Source of the DNA: Leucoraja ocellata
Taxonomy: Eukaryota
Assembly (NCBI GenBank): GCA_036785375.1
Contig: JAWMAR010000001.1
Span: forward strand, 26,164,001-26,228,000
Reading direction: 5' to 3'
Length of the DNA stretch: 64,000 bases
Shown: positions 12,432-24,475 of the stretch, piece after piece
How the letters are laid out: the number at the start of each line of letters is the position of its first letter
Position numbering within the stretch: position 1 is the stretch's first letter
Notes under the pieces: generated by a model
The model's database searches: none
The model's input: only the letters and a program-made list of their open reading frames with translations
What the model was told of the DNA's origin: nothing
Position numbers and translations under genes: made by a program

Positions 12432-13209
12432 ACCTATTTCCTTTGCTCCATAGATGCTGCTGCACCCGCTGAGTTTCTCCAGCAATTTTGTGTACCTTCT
12501 TCCTGACAGACCCTAGTTGTCATTTTACTATCCTGTATTATTGTTTTGTACTTTCTCTCTAATTTTCTAACTGTCCTCATGTAAGAATTCTACCCTCCCC
12601 AAATGACAGTAAATGCTGGAAATACTCAACAGATCAGGCAGCATCAGCTGAAAGATACACTGAAATTCACTGAAAGATACACTGATATTCAGGTAACTTT
12701 GTCAGTGCTAAAATTCTGAGATAAGGTGGTATGGCAATTTGTGGTAGGAGGAAGGCATGTTGAAAATCTACAATCTTATCACCTATTTTATATCCAGACA
12801 ACTAGCCACATTAGTAGTCTACTTGACACACTGGCATGGTGCATTGAATTGAATAATTTAACATATTCCTTTCCAATGTTTCATGGCTGCTTAATTATTG
12901 AATTGTTTACATGAGGATATTACGTTCTTCTCGTAAAGTTAGATAATCCAGAGGGGATAGTAGGCCACCCAATTACCACTCCGGAACAGGATTTTAGCAA
13001 GAATGTTTGCACGCACAACTTTCAGTGCTCACTAATATGTTCTCAATCTGACATCACACAAAGAGCAAATATGACAAAAAGAAACATGTTGTTTTGAGCT
13101 TTCGATGGCAGTCAGATTAAGAGATATTGACATTTAAAAGAGGAGTCTGGTGTTATAATCCTTGTAAATTCAAGAATAGGTCATGTTATCAGCCCCACCC
13201 CACCCCTCA

Positions 13210-13458
13210 ATCACACCCCAGCAGTATGAGCATTGACTTCTCTAATTTCAGTTTGTCCTTGCTTTCTCCCTCCTTCCCCTCTCCTTCCCAGCTCCCGCAC
13301 AGCCTACTGTCTCCGCCTCTTCCTTTCTTCTTCCTGCCCCTCTTCTTCCACTCCCACATCAATCTGAAGAAGGGTCTCGACCCGAAACGTCACCTATTCC
13401 TTCGCTCCATGGATGCTGCCTCACCCGCTGAGTTTCTCCAGCATTTTTGTCTCCCTAC
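13210..13458 (+). mobile_element. Penelope-like 3' fragment (ORF end MSIDFSNF plus terminal repeat with hammerhead)
   Basis: agtatgagcattgacttctctaatttc is similar to 43451-43480. Hammerhead motif at 13364-13391. Confidence 0.8.
13364..13391 (+). ncRNA. Minimal type-I hammerhead ribozyme motif
   Basis: CUGAAGA-A-GGGU(CUCG)ACCC-GAAA-CGUC: conserved core, 4-bp stem II, palindromic ACGU in place of stem III, GUC triplet. Activity not demonstrated. Confidence 0.65.
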
Positions 13459-13997
13459 TGATTCCTTGCCAATCATTGGTCCTACAGTTAGGAAGGTGGG
13501 ATAGCCTGTTCCAAGAAGGATGAATGTTGGAGTGGAGACTAGTATTTGTTTTTAATTGACTATAACTGTCCAACTACACAGTCCATAATATCTTATGAAA
13601 CCCTTTTTTAATCTTATACTCTCATGCAAAAAAAAGTTGGTAATTGCCAAATAACAGGGCAGGGATCCGTTGAAGTATTTGTGCATTCCTCCACCTTTCT
13701 GATCCTAAACAAGGAGCACTGAAACCCATTACATGTCCTGGCTGGCATAAGTTACTTCACAGACGGGGGGGGGGGGGATGTAGATTTTCAGCTTCATTCT
13801 GCACTAGGCATTACCTTTCAGACTGGATGACAAACTGAAATCTGCAACACTCTCAGATTTTGGAAGATGTTTTAAAAGACACAATTTTACGTCAAGTACA
13901 TCCTACTGATGAAATGAAACTGTCATTTTTTTTTTAATGACAACTCTTTTTGTTCTCCATTATTTTTTAAAGCAAATCAATTGGATTATTTTTTTCG

Positions 13998-14097
13998 AAG
14001 GTAGACACGAAATGCTGGAGTAACTCAGCGGGACAGGTAGCATCTCTGGAGAGAAGGAATGGGTGATGTTTCGGGTCAAGACCCTTCTTCAGACTGA
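13998..14097 (-). mobile_element. Penelope-like terminal repeat with hammerhead motif (14065-14092)
   Basis: Reverse complement reads ctgaagaagggtcttgacccgaaacatc, followed by the shared tail. Confidence 0.75.
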
Positions 14098-14464
14098 ATG
14101 TCTTACATTTAATTTTTGGAACTGTTGTTGGTTAGTTTGCAGAGAGGGAAATTTAAAAAGAAATATCCTGGATATAATCTGAAGCAATTGAAATAAAATT
14201 CCTTGAGCATTGAGTAAATTAATTATAATGAACTTAGAGCATGGAACAGACCAATTAGCATTGTTGCTTGTGCTGATGTTGGTACCCAGAACATGGTTAG
14301 ATAGAGTCAGTAAATGGAACATTGTGTTTGAGAAGTCTGGTTAAGTATTCTTAATATGTAACTAGCAGGAGCGAAAAGTGAGTTTGTGGGTGTGATATAT
14401 TTTGATTTTTGAACAATATTTTTAAAATTTTCATATAAAGATTGACATAAAATATGAGCTCAGG

Positions 14465-15110
14465 GCGTGGAATCCGGAAACAGGCATTTTGGCCCAACTT
14501 GCCCATGGTGCCACATCTACACTAGACCTATCTGTCTGAATTTGGTCCATATCCCCCTGAACCTTTCCTATCCAAGTCTCTTAAATATTGTTATGGTACC
14601 TCCCTCCTCTGCCAGCTCATTCCACATATCCAACTATGTGAAAAGGTTGTTCTCAGGTTCATATTACATTTTCCCCCTCTCAGTGCATGGATAGAAAAGG
14701 TTTAGAGTGATATGGACAAACGCTGCAGGTGGGATTAGTGTAGATGGAGAATCTGTTGGCATGGGCTGTTGGGCTGAAGGGACTGTTTCCATGCTGTTTG
14801 ACTCTAGAACTCGCCTTAAACCTATGTCCTCTGGTTCTTGATTTCCCTACTCTGGGTAAAAGACTGCATTCAGCCTATCTATTCCCCTCAAGATCATATT
14901 CACCGCTATAAGATCACCCCTTAGCCTCCTGGGCTCCAAGAAATAAAGCCCTAGCCTGCCCAACCTTTCCCTATAGCTTAGGCCCTCAAGCCCTGGCAAC
15001 ATCCTCGGAAATCTTCTCTGGACTCTTTCCAGCCTTACAACGTCCCTGCAGCAGGGTGATCAAAGCTCAATACCATATTCTAAATGTGGCCTCACCAACA
15101 TCTTGTTCAA
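14465..15110 (-). mobile_element. CR1 LINE 3' fragment, with a + strand CR1/SINE tail inserted at about 14683-14806
   Basis: Similar to the - strand CR1 at 33560-34100 (cctatgtcctctgg...ccctactctggg...ataagatcacccc). Confidence 0.7.
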
Positions 15111-15299
15111 GACGTAACATATCAGAATTGACAGACAATTGTTTAAAGGTTAAAACAGACTAGGAAAAAAACAAGTCACTTTCTGATTGGCTGCCTACTA
15201 AAAATATATCACAGGGATCAGTACGGGCTCCTCTCAACTGTTCACAGATTATATTAGTGACTTGGCTAAATTGCACTCTTGTCTTTCTATCTAAGTGAT

Positions 15300-16397
15300 C
15301 AACACACAAGTTCCCACACAAGAGATTAGTGCGCAAAATTAGAGCACATGGTATTAGGGGTAAGGTATTGACATGGATAGGGAACTGGTTGGCAGACAGG
15401 AAGCAAAGTGTAGGAATTAACATGTCCTTTTCAGAATGGCAGACAGTGACTAGTGGGGTGCCGCCGGTACTGGGATCCTAGTTATTTACAATATATATTA
15501 ACGATTTAGACGAGGGAATTAAAGCTAGGTGGCAGTGTGAGCTGCGAGGCGGATGCTATGAAGCTGCAGGGTGATTTGGATAAGCTGGGTGAGTGGGCAG
15601 GTGCATGGCAGATGCAGATGTGGATAAATGTGAGGTTATCCACTTTGGTGGCAAGAACAGGAAGGCAGTTTAATGTCTGAATGATGTCAGATTATGAAAA
15701 GGGGAGGTGCAACGAGACCTGGATCTGCTTGTACATCAATCACTAAAAATAAGCATGCAGGAACAGCAGGCAGTGAAGAAAGCTAATGGCATGTTGGCCT
15801 TCATTGCAAGAGAATTTGAGTTTAGGGGCAAGGAGGACCTACTGCAGTTGAACAGGGCCCTGGTGAGACTACACCTGGAATATTGTGTGCAATTTTAGTC
15901 TCCTAATTTGAGGAAGGACATTATTGCTATTGAGGGAGTGCAGCCTAGGTTCACCAGGTTAATTCTTGGGACTGACATATGATGAAAGAATGGGTCAACT
16001 GGACTTATTTTCACTGGAATTTAGAAGAATGAGAGGGGATCTTCGAGAAACATATAAAATTCTTAAAGGTTTGGACAGGCTAGATGCAGGAAAAAATGTT
16101 CCCGATGTTGGGAGAGTCAAGAACCAGGGGTCACAGTTTAAGAATAAGGGATAGGCCATTTAGGACTGAGATAAGGACAAACTTTTTCACCCAGAGAGTT
16201 GTGAATCTGTGGAATTCTCTGCCACAGAAGGCAGTGGAGGCCAATTCACTGGATGTTTTCAAGCGAGAGTTAGATTTAGTTCTTAGGGCTAAGAGATATG
16301 GGGGAAAAGCAGGAATGGGGTACTGATTTTAGATGGCCATTGAATGGATCAAAGGGCCAAATGGCCTACCCCTGCACCTATTTTTCTATGTTTCTAT
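15300..16397 (+). mobile_element. 5'-truncated CR1 (HER1-like) LINE: frameshifted RT C-terminus plus 3'UTR
   Basis: ORF pieces KKANGMLAFIAR..ALVRLHLEYCVQF, LFSLEFRRMRGDL.ETYKILKG and TRGHSL..FFTQRVVNLWNSLP; ctatgtttctat tail. Confidence 0.9.
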
Positions 16398-17021
16398 ACA
16401 AAGCTCTAAGTGGAAGTGAGAAGGATTCAGATAATCTGTAAGCAATAAAGACAAGTGAGCGGATAAGAGGGAGAATAATATAAGAAAATGTGATGTGCAT
16501 TAGTTGAAGGGAAAAAACAATACATTTTAAATGGTGAGAAATGAATAAAAGTTGTCAGACAGATTTTGGATGCTGGTTCATAAGACAGGGGAAAAATGCA
16601 TATAAAGCAAGCCTTTGTTCGAAGAGTATGGGGTCCAAACGTAAGAAAGTCAAGTTGAAATTCTGCAGGATTTTGGTGAGAATTGATTGGTGTCTTGAAG
16701 AAAATTTACAACAGCATGCAGTGTAGATGCACTTGATGGAAGGTTGTCCTCTGAAGAGAGCTAACCTGACATTTATTTATTGAAGTATCCAGGAATGCAA
16801 GATATTGAATATACAAGATTTGAAAAACATTGATGAGATGATGCCAGAAAACTCTCCTCCCAGCTGTTAAAAATAAAACTTGGAGGACATAGTCTCTGGT
16901 ATATCCACTTAAGACCAAAATAACACATTTTATCATGAGTTGCGAATCTTTGATGGATGTTCAGTGCTTTGAAGAATGGCTGATCATCTACACAGGAGTG
17001 TAGTTTAATTGGAATTAATTT

Positions 17022-17135
17022 AGAGATCTAATGTAAGGCAAGCACAGTCCTACTTGCCTTACATTAGATCTCTCAACAACAGTCTTTTATTCAAACGATA
17101 AGCACAATCCTACTTATCGTTTGAATAAAAGACTG
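17022..17135. repeat. Two adjacent perfect inverted repeats (21 and 23 bp) with near-identical 10-nt loops
   Basis: agagatctaatgtaaggcaag-cacagtccta-cttgccttacattagatctct and cagtcttttattcaaacgataag-cacaatccta-cttatcgtttgaataaaagactg. Confidence 0.95.
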
Positions 17136-17584
17136 ATGTTTAGAACAGTCCTGAAGAAATTCCAGTAATGATATCAGAATGGTGTCAAATGTTGAGGAAA
17201 CTGTTGTCAAAAATTGATGCTCAGAAAACATAGAATCAAAGTTGGAATTGTTTCCTAGGTATTAATAGAAGATAACCTCCTTGAAGAAGTGATTTATGAT
17301 TATTTTAACCAGTCTGAAGAAGGGTCCTGAGCCAAAATGTTATCTGTATTTTGTGTCACTTAGAATTATATTTGTTTGAAGAGGAGTAAGGACAGACTTT
17401 TTTTTTCCTCAATAGGTTATCTTTGTCGAGTGGGTGAGATACTGGACTAGTATCCTTTGAATTCCACCACATGAAATTGAATCAGGGACCACTGATAGTC
17501 TATTAGGAAAGCCAGTTTAGTACCTGTATGTGATTCTCATTCCCTGGCACTCAGTTGAATTTTTGGTATAACGGAGTTGCATAG

Positions 17585-17870
17585 GAGCAAAAATCAAACA
17601 GCTGGAGAAACTCAACTGATCAGGCATCATCTATAGAGGGAAATGGACAGTTGACGTTTCAGTTCAAGACCCTTTTTCAGACTGACGGAGTAGGGGGAAT
17701 AAAGCTGGAAAATAAAGGTGTGAGTGGCAAATGATGGGTAGGTGAAGGTGAGTGATTGGCAGATTGATGGAGTGAGTGGCTGGTGAAAAGGAAACAAAAT
17801 GGTGTCAGAAAAGGAAAGAGGAGGAGTGAAATGTAAAGCAGGTGGACGGGAACGGGTGAGGGGAAAGAGG
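17585..17870 (-). mobile_element. Penelope-like terminal repeat, decayed
   Basis: gctggagaaactcaactgatcaggcatcatct...gacgtttcagttcaagacccttttt-cagactga followed by a purine-rich tract. Confidence 0.65.
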
Positions 17871-18129
17871 GTCATTGCCATGTCAGTTACATACAAAAGC
17901 CCAGGGCACGTTTTAAAGATTTAAATTTTAATGGTGTATCTTGATTCAATTTACATTCTAGTGGTATTATTTTGTGTACAATAAAGGCACACCAATATTT
18001 TTTGGGAAGGACCTCTGAATGTAAGAAATCTGGTTTGCAGATAAAATTTCATAACTGAACCTAGTGTAATGAAAGAGATGTGTGCAATCTCCACAGTATG
18101 TCTAACAGGATATCCAAAAGACCATGGTA

Positions 18130-18465
18130 ATGAATGGAATACTTAATGTAGACTTGTCACTGTTATGCAGGAGGTAACATAACATCAGGTTTATGTATCA
18201 GACGTTCATACAAACAGCATGTGGGAAAGATTGGGCAGTCTGTTCACAAGTGATGATCAATGGTCACTTGGTCAGAACCCCAGAGGCAACACCTGGTCTT
18301 TTTCTAAATAGTATCATGGGATTTCTTGTTTCCACCTTATGCAGTTTCACATATTGCACTGATAGTATCACTCAGTATTGCATAAGGGTGTCACCCCAGA
18401 TGTTCATGTTCCAGACTCTCAGGTGAAACTTATACCTATAAACTCCTGAATCAGAAGCAACAACC
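18130..18465 (-). mobile_element. Ancient SINE remnant (Deu-domain/SacSINE1-like)
   Basis: Motifs cactgttatgcagg, caaacagca, ggtcagaaccccag, aaatagtatcatgggattt; similar to 46410-46730. Confidence 0.4.
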
Positions 18466-21124
18466 CTAGAATAAGTCTGAGAAATGTATGTTTAACAGTA
18501 TATTAGGAATATTTATTTTTGTAGAAAAAAGAACCTAATGTAATGGTCGCTTCACTTGACGGACAAGAAATTTGATATTTTCCTTTGTGTTAAGCTAGGA
18601 TGTCCAGTACATGAATAATGTCACAATACAAAGATAAATTGTTTACCTTTCAGGATCTTAAACTCCAGTCATATTTACAGTGGGGAGGACTAGCCATTGT
18701 TAGCACAGCTTTTGCAAAGTTATACGTACTGTTTTCAACATTCACCCTTTCTTCATTTCATTTTAACATGATAAAAGATCAGACAAGAGCACAAAATTAA
18801 TTGGATCCAGTTTAATTTTCCAATCTGCTTTAAAAAAAAAACACAATAAGCTGCGGTCCTTTTCAAATTTCTGGGATTCTGATGAAATTGTAGGTTTCCA
18901 TTGGGTAATGGTGTCAAAACAATTACTTGTACAGTGTACTTCTTGGCCATCCAACATCCATGGGGAATGAGGCAAGAATAGGATTGCATGAGAATTGCAA
19001 AAAGCGTGTAAATAATTTGCCAATTTATATTTAATTTCCTAATTCTTTTAAATAACAATGTTTTGCACTGTGGTTCTTTAAGGTTCCAGAGTATTAATGT
19101 AAAGTTCAGAAAAACAAAATCAAAAGATTGCCTGTACTCACCATTACATAAAGTGCCAAATCTCCAAAGAGAATGGTGCCTATGACTGCCTTGTGTAAAA
19201 TGTAAATAAACTAAAATATCCTTCCACGCTTTTGCAAGAAAAAATAAATAAATCTGAAATTGCTTAATATTCTTAGAAATGCAGACAGCTGCATGAGAAT
19301 TTGGGTGCATAAATATTAGATAAACAAGTTTTATTTTTTACCATCTGACATAAGCTTTAAACTTAAGCTTAAAGTTTAAAGCCCAGGGCACGTTTAGGAC
19401 ATGGAATGTTGAGGACATGGAATGTCTCTCTTATGAGTTTTCCATTTTAAGCTCTGTTTCATAATCTGCATCCCAAACTGGCTAGTGTAAAGCTCTGTCA
19501 GCTTCTGAGGCGATTGGGTGAAATAGTCTTTTGATGATTGTAAATTATGGTTACAGACTAGGGCCATCCTCCTGGTCTGTTAGCAAATTAGCGGCAGACC
19601 TCTGGATTGGTGTGGGACTATGGGAGGGGGGGGGGGTTAAATTAAGATGACATGTTAAAAGAATGTTTGAGGGTGTCTGTATATTCCCAGTTGATTTATT
19701 CAAAAGTGTCTGCTGCAAATTTGGATATGTGTTGTGCATTTGTTTCAAAAGCTTCTTCTGGATGAGTATAGCAGCAGTGTTAACATTCCCAATGGAGCAA
19801 GTCTACCCTAGACTACTTGTGTTTGAATAAAGTTTCGTCCAAGTTTGCCTGAAACTCAGGGATGCTGGAAACATAAATGTTTTTTTTGTGGAGAGATTCA
19901 GATAGGGAGAGTGGAATGGATCATGGCTGTTTTTTCTTTTTCATCTGGTTGAAATTAATCTCTTTGGTTACATTTTTAATAAACTGAGTGGCCCTTTTAA
20001 TTCAGGTGCATGGACAAAAATAGTTATCTTGCAAAAATGCCTTGTATTTAGATTAGTAACAAATTCATTATTTACTGAATATGTGGTTTGGATTTGAATC
20101 TTTAATTGCCTAAGAAATTGTAATCAGTTCTTTATTTGAATGTTTCAGCCTCAACATTTCCAGGAACAATTATTAGTCTTGTAAAGCATCTTAAATGAAG
20201 ATGGCACAGTAGTGTAGCTAATTCTGCATTGTGCTGTGGAGATACTAGGATCAAATTGCAGCTCCTGCTGTCATTTACTCTAAACCATTCCCTTGAAGAT
20301 CAACAGCATCAAGGAGAAGGCTCAGAGTAAACGATAGCCCGGCAAACAGCACTCGGCATAGCCACCTAGTCATGACTTCAAAAAACAGGGAAACATTTAT
20401 ATAATTCAAATTTGAATTGATGATCGGACAAACCTTTGTTAGAAAGATTTATTTTTAAATACATTTTTTTAAATTAACTTTTCCGATTTTCTTTTCTGTG
20501 TAAAAAACGAAAAGAATTAAAGTGGAGTTGCTTGACAGGCTGGTGAGACACGAAGATTGGACCTTTGCAGTCTGTTTGTTCCTGATTAGATTGTCTGGCA
20601 TTCTGAATGGGGTGAATTCACCAAACATAGTTGCCGCCTCTAAATGCTCAAGGTTACATTCTATTATACAGCATAAATGAGTTACAAGATAGTGGTTACT
20701 CTGAGCGATACGAGTGTGCAAGTACTTAGTGTCATTGTGACACTATAAAAATCTGAACTTCCCAGTAGAAAATAGGTCTAAAAATGATGAACCTTGTGAA
20801 ATCCAAAGAAAGAAAACATTGCTGTATGATAAATTTAGCATTTTATTCTCTTTGGCGAAAGTACTATGAGCTCTAATAAGATAGGTCAAACCCCAACCTC
20901 ATTGAAAGGCGGAGATTAATTGATACAAATTTCTGAAAATGCACTGCATTTTCATGATCTAGAACAAATGGATCTGACTCTTGATTTTAATGAATTATTG
21001 GTAGCTTGTCTCTTAAAACCAAAGACAGTGGTTGAAGTGAGGTGACCCATTAAGTTATATCCAGGAAATTTTTTGATCATTTAAAAGTTGAATGCATATG
21101 CTAATTAGGTGAGATGGTCTGAAC

Positions 21125-21162
21125 CAAAGATCCTATAGCAAAGCTTTGCTATAGGATCTTTG
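21125..21162. mobile_element. 38-bp perfect palindrome flanked by an 8-bp TSD (minimal MITE)
   Basis: gtctgaac|caaagatcctatagcaaagctttgctataggatctttg|gtctgaac. Confidence 0.8.
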
Positions 21163-24100
21163 GTCTGAACTGAATCCATCAAGGCAATATGATCATAAAA
21201 AAATATAGGATAATCTTTGATTTCTAAAATATAATAGTATTCTAGAATACTTGTGATGCTCCCACTCTGGAAAATTTTGAGTTAAGAAAGCTAAACATTA
21301 TATATAATTATTCTGGAAACGTGGAAAAAGTAATGGGAACGAATGGTATGATTCATCAGTCATGCAATCTTGCAAGCTTCTTGGTCTGGGATGTGGTTAC
21401 CATGTGCTATAGTTGACTGGTGTTCCTTAAAGTTTGCAGTCAACCTGAATGCTGCCTGGCATTTGCATGCACTGTAATTGACTACTTAGTTCCTTGGTAT
21501 TTGCAATAGTTTACAATTGACCTAATTGTTCTTCGGAGTTTTCTGGGTGCTGCAATTATCGCCAGTGTTCCTAGGAGCTTGCAGAATACTTTAACTGATT
21601 TTATTTCTGGCTGAACAGCACCCCTGATTATTATCCAGCAACTTGCATGGGAGTACATTAACCAGTGTTTTGACAGAATATTGGAATTGGCCAATTTGGA
21701 CTTTGCCATCCAATTGAGTGTTAGCCTGTATAATGCAGATTCATTTGTGAAAATTACCCACATAAGTGAAAATATTAGGATGCTAGTCTGAGCGATTATA
21801 TCCTAGTCTGGATTAATGATCCCAAGTCTATGGGTGCCAGGTCTATTAGAAAGATGTAGCTCTATATCTCCCACTCTGCATTATCTGAGGTTTAATGATT
21901 ATTTTGTAAAGAAATTAAATTAATTCTAGGTGAAATAGTTTGATGGCATGAAAGCCTTAGACTGCTATCAAACAATTCATGGAGGATAGCGCCGAGGCCA
22001 GGGTGTGACTGCGGCTCTTGTCCTTGTGGCCGATGCATAAGCAAGAATTAACGTTTGTTTTAAACTGATTAATACCTTTCTGGGAACAATGGCAATGGTC
22101 TTGTGTATGAATATAGCAAAGATCTGACTGGGGGACCATATATTCTGATGAATATATCTCTCTCGTATTTCTTTTTTGTTCCACTTTTTCCAGGTGTTCT
22201 TATTAAAGTACATAAATTAGGAATTGTGTATCCCTGGAAAAGGTATTTGCCGTGGTACGTATGAAGCAATTTCTTTTGCAGTAAAATCTATTCTTAATAA
22301 TGAGTAATTATGGCACAGGATTACTGCAATAGCTTGGTTGTAATAGTGGTTTGTCTGCTGCCACCCACATACTGGTACAAAACGATAAGATTAATAAAGT
22401 TTAGAATCTTCATTAGGGGGGAAAGGTAAGGTATATTCAACTAATATTGGCACTAACATTTAGAAATAAAAAACTTTTATTACAAAGAAGCCAATATCCC
22501 TAAAATTGAATTTTGTGCAAAAAAGATTTAGCATTTTAGTAATGAGTGCTCCAGACATCTTGGAAGTGAATACTGCAGCAGTGGAAAGTTCTGCATGACG
22601 CATGCTGAAATGTGTTTTTCATTAGTGACTGCCTTTGGCAAGTGCTGTGAATTTCTTTAGTGTTACTGATGGAGTTTTTTTTATTTAGTTAACTCCATAT
22701 GCACCAAATGTTTTATTTTCACTTTGATTTCTGTGAAATGTAAGAACATTAAACTATATTTCTTTAATTTTCAGAAAATTATGGCATCAATTAAGTTGAA
22801 ACTCTGTCCCAATTAAGTTAAAATTCCAGTGAGTGAGTTTCAGCTGATCATTGGAATTATCACTTTGGAATCTCCTGAGATGGAATTCAGCACCAGTAAC
22901 CACCTATCAATCCAGATTAAGTTATTTGGATAGTAATGCTTGGAACTAAATACAGATACTGCTTGTTCATCCCAATATATTAATAGGAAAACATCACTGC
23001 AATACAAATAAACGACACAAGATATTTAAAGAGTATTTGATGCATTAACTCCAAATTATATTCGAATTTGATTTCAATTTGTAAATAAGATATTTTGCTC
23101 TCCCATTGTGCCTTAATGAGCAAGTCCTATGCCTTGCGCGGCACAAAGCTCTCAGCTACCTTATTTCTCCCCCTCCCCCACCAACCAATCAAGGCAGTTA
23201 ATTTAAGATGGCCAATATTTAAATTGCCCCAAGTGCCCTGAAGTCTGAAAAGCCAGATGACCATCCAGATGACCAGATGACCAATATATAAAAAGTGAAT
23301 TGTGAAATGCTAATGACATTTCTGCATTACTCATTTATTGAGTACCTGTCACTTGTCCTGTTCAGATATTCACTTTCTGAAAAGCAACACATTTATTATT
23401 AATATTTACATTAGTGTTGTAGATGGCAATATTAAAATAATTTCAAGGCCTTGTTCCTTTGTAATATCTGTAAATGGAAATGATCTCTACGTTTCTCTGC
23501 TAAATTGAATATTTATATTGCGCTAGGTAAACATAGTAGGTTTCTGAAGATCTACACATAAATGCAGGCAGATGATGATAAATGCTTTGAATCTATTTTT
23601 CAAAATTGAAATGGTTATTTTGAGATTTGACATCAGAACTCTGCTATGCATCAGTATGCATCGGTCACGATGCTGCTTCTGTTAAACTGTTCACCACATT
23701 TAGTCGTCTGGAGGGAAACTGGGTAATCCGGTGGCAAAAGGGCAGAGTCTCTGGTCTGCACCACATTGAACTACTGACTTTCAGGATTTGGGTTGTCAAC
23801 CTATTTATAAAAGGTTGTATTTGTGTAGCTTTTCTCACATTTGGGATGGAACGCTGGGGCAGTGCAGTTGGGTGAAATAATTGCTCATCGAAATAGTAAG
23901 TAGAATAAGGGGGAAAAAAGAGTTGCAATTTATACAGTATAGTACCTTTCAACTTCACCAACTTTTTCACAGTCAATGAATTATCAGAACACCCGTTTAA
24001 CACTCCCTTCAAACCAGTAAATTAGAGAATTAACTCATTTTGATTTTCTTTGCTGAGAAATATTTCCAAATAGGATATGAAGAAATAATGCCTGAATGAT

Positions 24101-24173
24101 AATAGTTTGAACATTAGAACATTTTCTACATTTTAAAAATAAAATAGCAAGCCAGTTCTGTTTTCAAGTTACG

Positions 24174-24475
24174 TCGGCACAGTGGTGCAGTTGTTAGAGC
24201 TGCAGACTCGCAGCCCCAGGGATCCGGGTTCGATCCTGCGGTTGGATGCTGTCTCTGTACAGTTTCCGCATTCTTGCTGTGACCGTGTGGATTTCCTCTT
24301 GCATCCCAAAGACATGTGGTTTTGTGGATTAATTGGTCTCTGTAAATTGCCCCTGATGTGTAGGTAATGGATTTGAAAGTGGGATAATATAGCATAAGTG
24401 TGAACTGGTGATTGATGATAAGCCTGAACAGTGGGCCTAAGGACATGTTTCCGTGCTATACCTCTAAATTCTAAG
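24174..24475 (+). mobile_element. tRNA-derived HE1/V-SINE
   Basis: A/B-box head ggcacagtggtgcag...ccgggttcgatcct, V-core catcccaaagacatgtg...ttaattggtctctgtaaattgcccct, CR1-like tail. Confidence 0.8.

Larger units (their letters stand above)
12277..12495 (+). mobile_element. Penelope-like terminal repeat with hammerhead motif and 15-bp TSD
   Basis: Flanked by cttcttcctgacaga at 12262-12276 and 12496-12510. Contains ctgaagaagggtttcggcctgaaacgtc at 12404-12431. Confidence 0.8.

Noticed and set aside
15707-16326. RT-like ORFs treated as host genes
   Set aside because: Frameshifted CR1 LINE remnants; the same applies to 33549-33968 and 47999-49087.
18753-19310. Longest ORF in the track (185 aa, - strand)
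   Set aside because: No recognisable domain, AT-rich composition, antisense within an intron; consistent with chance.
24174-24245. tRNA gene
   Set aside because: The A/B boxes belong to a SINE head and continue directly into the SINE core; no full cloverleaf.
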